From: Methanoregula sp.
GTDB taxonomy: Archaea; Halobacteriota; Methanomicrobia; Methanomicrobiales; Methanospirillaceae
Assembly (NCBI GenBank): GCA_039698055.1
Contig: JBDKTL010000032.1
Location: 1 to 64,000 of the forward strand
Reading direction: 5' to 3'
Length of the DNA stretch: 64,000 nucleotides
The position numbers were made by a program, and so were the translations under genes. Each line of letters starts with the position of its first letter. Within the stretch, counting starts at the first letter, position 1. The notes beneath the pieces are model-generated. The model ran no database searches and was not told the DNA's origin. It was given only the letters and a program-made list of their open reading frames with translations. Shown here one piece after another: positions 1 through 9,754 of the stretch.

Positions 1-346
1 AGAAGTTCCTTTATTATATCAAAGAAATGGAATGGTGATACAACAACCGGGAGAAAGATTTATTTGAAATTCTTGTGGATTTGATGTTGCATTAACTGGT
101 CTTTGCGGCGGATGTTACATAATCACCTAATTTTTTTTCGGGAATGATAAACCACTCACCCCATCTTATCCCTGTCTTTTCCTGGAGTACATCAGGATCC
201 GAAGAGTCTCCCTGCACAAACGGATATTAATTATTGTACTCAAAGAGGGGTTATGTTCATGACCGGCACTTGATATGAGCGATTGTTCCCGGTGAGACCC
301 TTCCTGAGGTCCTGCCGGGCAATCAAGCCATCCAAGGGATTTCCGG

Positions 347-1234
347 TTATCCGCACATCTGCGCAGAGAAATTCTGGGGCATGACCATGAGGGCATGACT
401 TACCAGCCCGGTCTGCCGGACGAGCCGGTTATCTCCGGCAAAATAGCACCGGGCAGAAACAATCGGAACCCCGGATCCTTCAACGATGAATGCGACATAC
501 CAGCCATCAGCCGCTCTTGTAGTCTTGATGGTTTTGACAGGAAATTGGCTTGAAGGATATGCATAGAGGTCTGGATCGGTATCCTGTACCAGCCTGACTG
601 CTGCCCGCTCATCGGGGATCCCCGCCTTCCCAAATTGTTCCCACCACACCCGCATTTCAGTCCTGTTGGGATGGAAATATTGCAGGGAACAAAGGCCGGG
701 GGGATACCTCCCGATCCGGTATCCTTCCAGCAGGAACATCGCTTCGTTTCCCACCGTTGAGGTCTTGTTGAATGGCCAGTACGAGCTTAACGGGGACACA
801 ACCGGCGCAGCAGGCTCCACTGAATCGATCGACTGCATGAGTTGTTCTGCATCCTGCCGCGTAATCCAGCCCGCAGGAACGCCGATAACCGAGACCGGCT
901 CACAGGGATGCATGCGCAGGTCGTTGAGGAACACTAGTGGTGAATGGATCCTGAAGTAACACAAATCCCCTGCCGGGAGATACACCTCCCCGTTCCATGG
1001 TACCAGGGGACTAAATGTGCAGTTCTCACCTGAAGGCAGGTTTGTTACTACTGTAGGCGAGGTCGCTGCCCACGAAACCGTATCATGTGTTCTAGGAAAC
1101 ATGACCGGGATTATCATCCATAGCAGTACGACAACGAGTATCCCACCAAAGAGGAGAGTCCCATATTTCCTCCAAGGAACAGGTGGATTTTGATCAGGCA
1201 TCGCAGTTCTCCGGAACCATCGTGGGATGTTCAT
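347..1234 (-). CDS. Hypothetical membrane-anchored/secreted protein
   Basis: 295-aa ORF with one N-terminal TM helix (LLFGGILVVVLLWMIIPVMF); no recognised family. Confidence 0.65.
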   Translation of the reverse strand: MNIPRWFRRTAMPDQNPPVPWRKYGTLLFGGILVVVLLWMIIPVMFPRTHDTVSWAATSPTVVTNLPSGENCTFSPLVPWNGEVYLPAGDLCYFRIHSPLVFLNDLRMHPCEPVSVIGVPAGWITRQDAEQLMQSIDSVEPAAPVVSPLSSYWPFNKTSTVGNEAMFLLEGYRIGRYPPGLCSLQYFHPNRTEMRVWWEQFGKAGIPDERAAVRLVQDTDPDLYAYPSSQFPVKTIKTTRAADGWYVAFIVEGSGVPIVSARCYFAGDNRLVRQTGLVSHALMVMPQNFSAQMCG

Positions 1235-1360
1235 TGTTAAGGAAATTCCCGCACAATCGTTAACTTGTCATGAGACTAATGGCAGGAGCGATCCATTTTT
1301 TCATCATATTTACTATGTCCCAATGTTGTGACAGGATTAAAAAACGCCAACAGGCCCAAG

Positions 1361-2089
1361 TCATGCCGGCAGGTATTCATCCAGACAACGGCTCACGTCT
1401 ACGGGTATCAGGTATCGTACAGTTCTTCCACTCTTCATCACACAGACTATCCTGTCTTCTTCAAGCCGCTTCATGTGCCACGTAATGGTGGCGCCCGTGA
1501 ACCCGAGCATAGCGGCAATCTCATTGCGCCCGGCAGACGGATCCTTTTTGAGAACGTCAAGAATCCGTTTTCGTGTCTCGTTGTGCAGGTGTTTGAGAAC
1601 TAACTTCCTTGTGCGGGTATACGCACCGTTGTTCTCGAAGAAACACACGGTCCCCGAATCTCTGCACTTGGTAATTTTTCCCATCAGGCAGAGCATCTGC
1701 AGGTGGTGCCTGAGTGTGCCCAGCCGTGTCTTTGTCTCGCGGGCAAGACCGTGAAGGTGAATTCCCGGGTTCCCCTGGATGGTAGAAAAAACCGAGGAAC
1801 GAATCTCCTGCTCCAACACGTTAGACCGGGACACACGGCGGTACCCGAGTGCTGCCCAGATCTTAATCGCGGCAATGAACTCAGGGAGACAGCATACAAT
1901 GGACACAACAAGGGTGCCAAAAGGGAGTTCCCACACCGGTATTTCCTTTGGGACAATCGGGGTGGTAAACGGCCCCGGGGGGTTTGCATACCCGGACTGG
2001 ACCTGATATGCCCCCGCAGCCATGCACGGCGCAGCAGTTACCAGTGCCAGAATGAGAAGAAGAAACAACCGAATATACCATGACGTCAT
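1361..2089 (-). CDS. Membrane-anchored winged helix-turn-helix regulator (tandem wHTH)
   Basis: Signal peptide and TM segment followed by two HTH motifs (NPGIHLHGLARE...GTLRHHL; AGRNEIAAMLGFTGATITWHMKRL). Confidence 0.8.
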   Translation of the reverse strand: MTSWYIRLFLLLILALVTAAPCMAAGAYQVQSGYANPPGPFTTPIVPKEIPVWELPFGTLVVSIVCCLPEFIAAIKIWAALGYRRVSRSNVLEQEIRSSVFSTIQGNPGIHLHGLARETKTRLGTLRHHLQMLCLMGKITKCRDSGTVCFFENNGAYTRTRKLVLKHLHNETRKRILDVLKKDPSAGRNEIAAMLGFTGATITWHMKRLEEDRIVCVMKSGRTVRYLIPVDVSRCLDEYLPA

Positions 2090-2559
2090 GGTTCTGCTGC
2101 CCCACTGTTCTGGTAGATTCGAAATGTGTCATTGCCATACCAGCCGGCCCTGATCTGGTAGTACCACGTACCAGGAGCCAAATTTTCTTCAGAGGAGATT
2201 AAAAGAAAGATCCGGCCGTTGCGAAAACCGTTATCAGTATTCTGGAACGGGCCAAAAACAGTATCCGGGGCGTATACAACGACCGTGTACGGGTTGTCCG
2301 GGTTGTTCCATGACAGGTCAATCCATTGCCGGCTAATCCCGGGTGGAACGGTTTCACGATAGAATCGCGGAACCGATCGCGGATCCCACAGGCTGATCCG
2401 GGGGAGAACCGGGGCGGCGGGGCCATAAACCCCTGATTTGTCATTCACGGGAAAGGACAGAGATGGCGCCCGGGGAGTATTGCCGTCACCTGCCATTGCT
2501 ACAGGCATACCTGCTGTGAGAACAAGCATGCACAGGATCCATACCCCCAGGTGCCGCAT
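2086..2559 (-). CDS. Secreted small beta-sandwich (pre-peptidase C-terminal-like) protein
   Basis: Start placed at ATG 2559 (MRHLGVWIL..., signal peptide); DLSWNNPDN...YAPD...GTWYYQI pattern; stop overlaps the next start. Confidence 0.6.
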   Translation of the reverse strand: MRHLGVWILCMLVLTAGMPVAMAGDGNTPRAPSLSFPVNDKSGVYGPAAPVLPRISLWDPRSVPRFYRETVPPGISRQWIDLSWNNPDNPYTVVVYAPDTVFGPFQNTDNGFRNGRIFLLISSEENLAPGTWYYQIRAGWYGNDTFRIYQNSGAAEP

Positions 2560-2954
2560 AATGAAATGTATTTTCTGGGGTATACATAAAGTCGCCGGCA
2601 CAACCCCCCAACCTATTCTCCCTCGGGCCGGATCGCTTCGTTCCCGTTTCATGAGATTTGGTCCCCGCAGAAACACAGGAGGAGTTCTCACTCCGCAATC
2701 CTTAACGGGAACCGTATAATACGGCGTATCCCTGCCCTCGCCGGTTATGATCTCGTTTCTATCCCGGTATACCGTACGCCCTACTTCTCCGATGCCGGCG
2801 CTGCAGCCCATGGGTTCGGGAAATACCGGTTACATTTTTTGCAGTGCAGCGTCGGGGTAGTCGCGGATGTGCGCCACCTGAACCCGCAGTGCGGGCAGGT
2901 AAATGCATGATCGATCACATAATCTGCCATATGTAACCAATATTCCGCGACGGA

Positions 2955-3935
2955 TTAATAGGAGTATCGGCTGAGAACGCTCAGCGCTTTTATCACCACC
3001 TCACCAAACTCTTTTGTACCGGCAGATCCCCCAAGATCCCGGGTGCGGATGCCCCTGTCGAGAACCTGCTGGATCGCAGTCTCAATCTGTTCGCTTCCCT
3101 GATTGTCACCAAGATGAGAGATAAGCATCGCTGCACTCCTGATGGCAGCAATCGGATTCGCGATATTTTTACCGGCAATATCCGGAGCACTGCCATGCAC
3201 CGGTTCAAAGAGGGCATACCGGTCACCGATATTTGCGCTCGGCACCAGACCAAGGCCACCGACCAGATACGATGCAACATCCGAGAGGATATCCCCGAAA
3301 ATGTTCGTCGTTACTACCACATCATATACCTTCGGGTGCTGGAGAATATCCAGCGAGAGTGCATCGATATATTTGTCCGAACAGGGAATACCTGCTGCCT
3401 TTGCCTCCGTAAGACAGATATCCCGGAACAGGACATCAGACTTGAGCACGTTCGCCTTGTGCCCCACCGTCAGGCGACCTTTTCGTTCCTGCACAAGCTG
3501 GATCGCCTTTCTGGCAATCCGTTCAGTACCGGTCCGGGTCACGACCCGCAGGGTTGTCGCCCGATCTGGGGAAACCTCTTCAATGCCGGAGTAGAGCCCT
3601 TCAGTGTTTTCCCGGACGATCATAATGTCGAACCCGTTGCCCTTCACCGGCCGGAGGTTTGCAGAGAGATCAAGCGCTTTTCGCAACCGGAGAACAATGC
3701 TCTGGTAATCTTTCATGGGAGGTGTCGTTATGGCGCCAAAGAGGATCGCATCCGCTGTTTTGAGATCCTGTATGTCCCGGTCGGCACAGGGGCATCCCGT
3801 CACTTCCCACCTACCATACCCGACGTCCACCGGGAAATATTCATATTCCGGGTGGAGCAGTTCAAGCACAGATTGTGCAACGGGGATTACCTCGTGGCCG
3901 ATCCCGTCGCCTTCAACAATGGCAACCCGGGTCAT
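2955..3935 (-). CDS. aksF: Homoisocitrate/isopropylmalate dehydrogenase family enzyme
   Basis: GDGIGHEV, VRENTEGLY, NIFGDILSD and FEPVHGSAPDIAG motifs; ATG 3935 overlaps the upstream stop; in aks operon. Confidence 0.85.
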   Translation of the reverse strand: MTRVAIVEGDGIGHEVIPVAQSVLELLHPEYEYFPVDVGYGRWEVTGCPCADRDIQDLKTADAILFGAITTPPMKDYQSIVLRLRKALDLSANLRPVKGNGFDIMIVRENTEGLYSGIEEVSPDRATTLRVVTRTGTERIARKAIQLVQERKGRLTVGHKANVLKSDVLFRDICLTEAKAAGIPCSDKYIDALSLDILQHPKVYDVVVTTNIFGDILSDVASYLVGGLGLVPSANIGDRYALFEPVHGSAPDIAGKNIANPIAAIRSAAMLISHLGDNQGSEQIETAIQQVLDRGIRTRDLGGSAGTKEFGEVVIKALSVLSRYSY

Positions 3936-4732
3936 CTGGCTCTCCACCGGGCCACAAGTTCGTTGATACTCTCAGCAATTTTTGCCGGGCCCGCTCCCCA
4001 GTGAACTACCATGCCCAACTTCCCGTTCCGCTCACCAATCCCTTCGCATTCGGAGCGGCAACACCGGGCGATGAATGGTTCCTCTTTTACGCTTTCAAGC
4101 GGGCAGATGTTTTCAAATTCGAATGGTTTCCCGTAGCATTCTGCGGAGAGCTGGGCACTGGTAAGGCACCCGGCAATACGTTCGCCACCTGCCATCGGAT
4201 CTGCATCCAGCGTGCGGGAAAATCCTGCCGCCCGGCAGGGATAGACATCTGCATTAATGTGAGTGATATCACGGATATGATGGCAGAAGACTACCGACAA
4301 CTCGCCAAACAGCCCCACGGATTCCAGCTCGCGGATTGTGGCCGACAGGCTCGGGCGGGGAGGGGTTACATCGTAGACATGGATGGTGAGAAAACCCGAT
4401 AGATCGGGATCGAGGACAAACGTCATGTGTTCGTCAAGACCGGTGAATATCGTGCACCTGAACGCTGAATCACGTGCGAGCTGGACAAGACGGGTGCGAT
4501 CGTTCAGGTTCACTTTCTCCGGGTAGCGATACACTTCCGGTGCACGGGCTAGAACCCGTGACGAAACGATGCCACGCATCATTCCCTTGCCATGGGGATC
4601 AAGGGTCACTTCGTGTAATTCAAAACCGTCGCCCGTTTCACAGACAATGTACCGGCTCAGGAAATACACTTTGTCGCCGCAGGGTTTTGTCGATGCCCAG
4701 CCGACATGTTTGCACTGCTCGGGAAAGATCAC
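3932..4732 (-). CDS. Cys-rich hypothetical protein embedded in the aks operon
   Basis: 266-aa ORF with 4-nt overlaps on both sides; Cys motifs YPC, AGC, ICP, RCC. Confidence 0.75.
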   Translation of the reverse strand: MIFPEQCKHVGWASTKPCGDKVYFLSRYIVCETGDGFELHEVTLDPHGKGMMRGIVSSRVLARAPEVYRYPEKVNLNDRTRLVQLARDSAFRCTIFTGLDEHMTFVLDPDLSGFLTIHVYDVTPPRPSLSATIRELESVGLFGELSVVFCHHIRDITHINADVYPCRAAGFSRTLDADPMAGGERIAGCLTSAQLSAECYGKPFEFENICPLESVKEEPFIARCCRSECEGIGERNGKLGMVVHWGAGPAKIAESINELVARWRAR

Positions 4733-5202
4733 GGGTGACTCCTCCAGAATTCAACAAGCCCGCCTGCTGAGAGTATTTCCTGCATCCTTGGCGATAAAGG
4801 GTGTATCATGTGCCGTTTTCCCCCGGTTTCCACCCAGCCTTCGGCAAGATCGAATCGCACCAGCGATTTTGGCTTGCAGGGAAGATCGCACTCGATCAGC
4901 GGCAAGCCGAGATTGATCCCGTTCCGGAAAAAAATCCGGGCAAACACCGGAGCCACAACTGCAACGACACCTGCTTCCTTGAGTGCGATTGCTGCCTGTT
5001 CGCGGGATGAGCCGCAACCAAAATTTTTCCCCGCCACGAGCACGGCTCCTTTTAACCGTGGGGCAAGGGACGGATCGAGATCTTCAAAAACATGCTCTCC
5101 CCAGATATGGCGATCTTTTGTACGGAGATACCGTCCGGCAATGATCATATCTGTATCGATATCCGCACCCAGGCAGACCATATGCCCTTCGCCTTTCATC
5201 AT
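4729..5202 (-). CDS. aksE: Homoaconitase small subunit
   Basis: DIDTDMII and NFGCGSSREQA; YLRT loop typical of homoaconitase HacB/AksE rather than LeuD. Confidence 0.88.
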   Translation of the reverse strand: MMKGEGHMVCLGADIDTDMIIAGRYLRTKDRHIWGEHVFEDLDPSLAPRLKGAVLVAGKNFGCGSSREQAAIALKEAGVVAVVAPVFARIFFRNGINLGLPLIECDLPCKPKSLVRFDLAEGWVETGGKRHMIHPLSPRMQEILSAGGLVEFWRSHP

Positions 5203-6410
5203 GACACCTCCGGTTCGGATATCTCACCTGCAAGGGCACTCGCTGCTGCGGTTGCAACCGAGGATAAGTAAATCTCCCCACCGACACCCATCCGGTTTTT
5301 AAAGTTCCGGTTTGCGGTTGAAAGGCAGACTTCCCCTTCCCCAATCACTCCCATATGGGCGCCAAGACAGGGTCCGCACCCCGGCGTCCCGATTATGCAT
5401 CCCGCCTCAACGATATCGGTCAGCACACCCGTGCGTATTGCTTTTACCAGAACTTCACGGGAAGCCGGGACGACAATCGTACGGACCGCCACTTTCCTTC
5501 CTTCGACACCACGGGCAAACCGGGCAAGATCGGAATACCTCCCGTTCGTGCAGGTGCCGACAAACACCTGGTCAATCGGGAGCCCGGCCAAATCGTACAC
5601 CGGTTTTATCGTATCCACACGTGGCGGAAGTGCAATCTGGGGGACAATATCAGACAGATCGATATCCAGTTCCCCACAATAAGTGCAGGGTTCCGGTATT
5701 TGTTTTTCCACCTTCTGGCCGAGACCGGCAAGATAATTCACGGAAACGGCATCAGCGTAAAACATGCCGGCCTTTGCACCGGTTTCAACGGCAAGGTTGC
5801 AGAGCACGAGTCGTTCATCGATTGAAAGCCGTGACGTAGCCTCTCCGATAAACTCAAGCGCCCGGTATGTCCCGCCATCCATCCCTAGTCTGCTTACATA
5901 GGTAAGGGCAAGATCCTTTGCCTCCGCTGCACCAATGAACGAACCTGTCAGGTTGATTCCGATAGATTCGGGGACACGGAACCATGTTGCCCCGTTCAAC
6001 CAGATTGCAGCCATATCCGTTGCCCCGATACCTGTTGCAAACGCCCCAAACGCCCCGAGTGTACAGCTGTGCGAGTCGGCACCGATCACAACCTCACCCG
6101 GTAATACCACGCCTTCACTCATCAGCTGGTGGCCGATTCCGCTGCCCACATCAGAGAAATGCATGAACGAGCACCGGACAAAATCCCGGAGCTCGTGCTG
6201 GAGTGCCGCTGTCGTGCTGTTGTTTGCCGGGCTGATATGATCAAAGAGCACATAGAGCCGGGAAGCATCCATGAGCCGGTCTGCACCCATACGCTTCCAC
6301 GATTCAAGCGTGAGAACTCCGGTACCATCGTGCACATACGCCCGATCCACCTGCCGGTCCACAAATTCTCCGGCAGGCGCCCCGAGAATTTTCTCGGAAA
6401 GTGTACTCAT
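5199..6410 (-). CDS. aksD: Homoaconitase large subunit
   Basis: GADSHSCTLGA, GTCTNGR, PGCGPCLG and STANRNFKNRMG; start at ATG 6410 (MSTLSEKIL). Confidence 0.88.
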   Translation of the reverse strand: MSTLSEKILGAPAGEFVDRQVDRAYVHDGTGVLTLESWKRMGADRLMDASRLYVLFDHISPANNSTTAALQHELRDFVRCSFMHFSDVGSGIGHQLMSEGVVLPGEVVIGADSHSCTLGAFGAFATGIGATDMAAIWLNGATWFRVPESIGINLTGSFIGAAEAKDLALTYVSRLGMDGGTYRALEFIGEATSRLSIDERLVLCNLAVETGAKAGMFYADAVSVNYLAGLGQKVEKQIPEPCTYCGELDIDLSDIVPQIALPPRVDTIKPVYDLAGLPIDQVFVGTCTNGRYSDLARFARGVEGRKVAVRTIVVPASREVLVKAIRTGVLTDIVEAGCIIGTPGCGPCLGAHMGVIGEGEVCLSTANRNFKNRMGVGGEIYLSSVATAAASALAGEISEPEVS

Positions 6411-7537
6411 ACCGGTTTTTCCTCCTGTGCCCTGCGAATCAGTTTTTTTAAAACCTCGGGAGTAATCGTGCACTTCTGTTCGGATTGTTCCTTGACTAGA
6501 TCGAGCACCCGGCAGATCTGGTGTTCGGTAAGTTCACAGCCGAGTGAAGATACGACATATTCGAGTGCTTTTTTCCCGGTGTGCTTGCCAAGAATGAACC
6601 GTCGCTCTCCGCCAACAAGTTCGGGCGGGAAATACTCATACGTGTGGGGATCGTCAAGAATCGCCGCGATATGGATACCGCTTTCATGTGAGAATGCAAG
6701 CTCGCCAACAACAGGTTTGTTCCGGGGCCGCATGATGCCGGACGATTTTTCCACCATCCGGGAGAGTTCATTGAGGTGCGAGAGGTCGTACCGGTCTATC
6801 CCACCTTTCATGCGCAGGATCACAAGCACTTCTTCAAGCGACGCGTTGCCTGATCGCTCACCGATGCCGTTTACCGTGGTGTGGAGCTGGAACGCACCTG
6901 CCTGTGCAGCAGTGATCGTGTTTGCAACCGCACAGCCCATGTCATTGTGGCAGTGGGCGCAAAGCGGGCGATCAATCGTTGCGACAAGATCCGTCATGAT
7001 GACCTGCATCTCGCTTGGAATCAGGCACCCGACAGTATCGGCAAAACTGAGTAGTGCGGCACCGTGCTCCGCACCCTTACGGAACACTTCTTTTAGGAAA
7101 ACTGGATCCGTACGGGAGGCCTCTTCTGCGGCAAACCTAACCTGCACGCCATGGTCGTGGGCATAGTCCACGAGAGCGAGGGCTTCGTCAAGTACCTGTT
7201 CCCGGGGCTTTTTGTACTTGAGCCGGATGTGGAGGTCAGACGTGGCGATAAAAATGCTCACCATATCCACACCGGAATCAATAGCCGCATCAACATCCGG
7301 CTTGCGAGCCCGGGCAAGGCAGCAGATACGGGACTCAAGCCCGAGATGTGCGATGGCAGTCACACACTTTTTTTCCTGAAAAGAAACCGCAGGAAAACCA
7401 GCTTCGATCACTTCGATGCCGATGGTATCAAGCATCCGGGCAATCTCAACCTTCTCTTCACATGAGAACGAAACACCGGGTGTCTGTTCGCCATCCCTCA
7501 ACGTCACATCACAAATCTCAATATTCCACGGTTTCAT
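6407..7537 (-). CDS. aksA: Homocitrate synthase (methanogen 2-oxoacid elongation)
   Basis: DVTLRDGEQTPG, HCHND, GIGERSGN, HESGIH and LGKHTG; lacks the LeuA regulatory domain. Confidence 0.88.
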   Translation of the reverse strand: MKPWNIEICDVTLRDGEQTPGVSFSCEEKVEIARMLDTIGIEVIEAGFPAVSFQEKKCVTAIAHLGLESRICCLARARKPDVDAAIDSGVDMVSIFIATSDLHIRLKYKKPREQVLDEALALVDYAHDHGVQVRFAAEEASRTDPVFLKEVFRKGAEHGAALLSFADTVGCLIPSEMQVIMTDLVATIDRPLCAHCHNDMGCAVANTITAAQAGAFQLHTTVNGIGERSGNASLEEVLVILRMKGGIDRYDLSHLNELSRMVEKSSGIMRPRNKPVVGELAFSHESGIHIAAILDDPHTYEYFPPELVGGERRFILGKHTGKKALEYVVSSLGCELTEHQICRVLDLVKEQSEQKCTITPEVLKKLIRRAQEEKPV

Positions 7538-8789
7538 GACTTGCCCCCTCCGGGCATTCGCCTTCTACAATCACGGTCACAGGTTTTTCAGGGAGGCGGA
7601 TATACCTGATAAGCTGCTCTTCATCATCTGCACGACAGATCACCGGCTTTGCCCATGCAAGGTAGGGGACGGGATCGTAGATGGGCTGTCTGCCGGTCAT
7701 CGCCGTGCAGTTGTTCTTCATTACAATACAGAGAAGCGGGAGTCTTTTCTCGTACACATCAATGAGCGCATTGAGTCCTGAATGCAGTAGGGCGTAGTCG
7801 CCGACCAGTGCTACACCCGTACTCCGGGCGGCAACTGCGATACTCGAACCCATCCCATAACTTGCTACCCCCAGTTCATAGGGTGGTGTCATCCCCAGCA
7901 CCGAACATCCTGCATCGCAAATCATGTGCATCCCTTGTCTTTTGAGAATGTCCAGCGCGGTCTTGAATGGGCACGCACGGCAGAACGTGTGATGATACCC
8001 CCGGCCCTCCATAGTCTGGGGACGCTTTTGAGGCACGGGCGGCTGGAGCCCACGGTGATCCCGGACAAACGTTCGCCCATACTCTTGGACTATCTGCATC
8101 AGCGCCGCTCGCGCCGGGAGGGGATTAACGGTCACAACCCGCGAATTCCCTGGTTCTGCCCCGACGCCCAGCGGTTCCCCATTCCACCGGTTTAAAACAG
8201 ATGAATCAGACCATGCAAACATCGTCCGGTACAGTTCCTCAGCGGCACTTACCCTGCCGTTCATTGTCCAGGTCCTGGGGGAGATCCTGCCCTTGTGGTC
8301 ATGCCGGGGAACCGGGTCGCCCGTGACTTTTGCCTCAAGGATCTGCGGAGTCAGGCGGAGTATCGCAACGCGGGAAAACTGCTCTGATGCCTGGAACGCC
8401 GCCTCCATACCGGAATAACAGGAGGTTTCATCAGGTTCGATGACAGGGAGTTCGGCAAGTTCCCCGTAATAACGGGAGTCCTGTGCGGTCTGCGACCCGT
8501 GAGCATCCGGATCATCACCGGCAATGATGACCACGCCGCTGACAAGACCCTGTGCAGTTGCCTGGAGAAGGGGATCGGCACAGGCATTTAAGCCCACATT
8601 TTTGATAATAACTGCAACACGCCGTTTGAAGAGTGAGTCCCCCAGTGCATATTCAAGCGCCGTCTTTTCGTTGATGACCATCTCGGCTTTTGTGAGCGTT
8701 CCCAGCTCCGTGATAGGATATCCCGGTACCGTATACTGCCGGTCAGAACAGGTAAGAATCGCTTCAGCGAGAGCATCACAGCCGTTCAT
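7518..8789 (-). CDS. TPP-dependent enzyme, indolepyruvate:ferredoxin oxidoreductase alpha-like (shortened)
   Basis: VPGYP, NEKTALE, KNVGLN, FCRACP, DAGC and GDYALLHSG...NNCTAMTGRQP motifs. Confidence 0.8.
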   Translation of the reverse strand: MNGCDALAEAILTCSDRQYTVPGYPITELGTLTKAEMVINEKTALEYALGDSLFKRRVAVIIKNVGLNACADPLLQATAQGLVSGVVIIAGDDPDAHGSQTAQDSRYYGELAELPVIEPDETSCYSGMEAAFQASEQFSRVAILRLTPQILEAKVTGDPVPRHDHKGRISPRTWTMNGRVSAAEELYRTMFAWSDSSVLNRWNGEPLGVGAEPGNSRVVTVNPLPARAALMQIVQEYGRTFVRDHRGLQPPVPQKRPQTMEGRGYHHTFCRACPFKTALDILKRQGMHMICDAGCSVLGMTPPYELGVASYGMGSSIAVAARSTGVALVGDYALLHSGLNALIDVYEKRLPLLCIVMKNNCTAMTGRQPIYDPVPYLAWAKPVICRADDEEQLIRYIRLPEKPVTVIVEGECPEGASHETVEY

Positions 8790-9754
8790 GAGTCCTTCCC
8801 CGGCACCAGGTCACACCCGGCGCAGTTCGTGCACATTGTGAGTGCCTGCCGTGTATCAAGTTCCCCTGCCTCCAGCGCCTGTTCGTGCACCGCATACAGT
8901 TTTTTTAAGCGTTCTGCTGAAGGACGCTGCCATCTGGCAAGTTCTGCTACCGGGTTGAGCGGGCGCAGGACCGGGATCACGCCATGCGAAGTGAGTTTTT
9001 TAATACAGGCTTCCATCTCGGCATCGGTCTCTCCAAGACCGATAATGACATTGGAAAATACCCTGCCTTTCCCGAACAACTCCACCGACTTATCAAGGAC
9101 CTGACAGAGCCTGTCATAGTCAAGGCCCGGACACATTTTACTAAAAAGTTCCGGCGTCGCTGCTTCAATGTTGAACTTCACTTCAACAACCCCGAGCTCT
9201 TTGAGCCGCTCCGGGGTCTGCTCTGTAGGATAGATAGAAACGCCAATGGGAAGCCCGAAAAAGTCGAGATGCCGGACCACATCAAGCACATATGCCTCTT
9301 CCTCTTCAATACTTCCCGAGACACCGCTGGTGATTGAGATGGCATTCACCTTATGGCGGACCGATTCCACCAGTGCCATGATCTCTTCAATGGTCTTGCG
9401 TCGCCCCGAAAGCCGGGGAACCGAGCAATACCGGCATTTGAAAATACAACTTTCCGTTATTGTAATGAACGCCTGTTCCGGGCAGTGAAGTCCCGGTTCA
9501 AAAAGGCGCCCGGGAATAAGCTCCCCTTTATAATATAGGTCCGCAACACCGTCTCCCCGGTGAGCAATCTCTATGCTGCTGTGGGGATTCAGTGCGAACT
9601 TGACCCGGTGTGTTCCCATCGAAAAAAAGATCGCGCCACCTCCTCCCGCTCCCGGCCCGGCAGTAGAACGGGCGATATACCGTTCAGCCAATTCTCCAGT
9701 CAGGTTGGCAGAACCAACAGCAAGCAGGTCAGCCTTCAGGTCTTTCCATCGCAT
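8786..9754 (-). CDS. Radical SAM protein (biotin-synthase-like)
   Basis: CxxxCxxC (CIFKCRYC), ITSG, NIE, IIGLGET; extra C-terminal CxxCxxC (CTNCAGC). Confidence 0.85.
   Translation of the reverse strand: MRWKDLKADLLAVGSANLTGELAERYIARSTAGPGAGGGGAIFFSMGTHRVKFALNPHSSIEIAHRGDGVADLYYKGELIPGRLFEPGLHCPEQAFITITESCIFKCRYCSVPRLSGRRKTIEEIMALVESVRHKVNAISITSGVSGSIEEEEAYVLDVVRHLDFFGLPIGVSIYPTEQTPERLKELGVVEVKFNIEAATPELFSKMCPGLDYDRLCQVLDKSVELFGKGRVFSNVIIGLGETDAEMEACIKKLTSHGVIPVLRPLNPVAELARWQRPSAERLKKLYAVHEQALEAGELDTRQALTMCTNCAGCDLVPGKDS

Noticed and set aside
2560-2811. N-terminal extension of the 241-aa ORF
   Set aside because: The signal peptide begins at Met 2559; the upstream part looks non-coding
3114-7166. 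Long plus-strand ORFs (e.g. 3114-4004, 6129-7166), and similar antisense ORFs across mcr, the ATPases and fic
   Set aside because: Shadow frames of well-supported genes on the opposite strand, with no motifs
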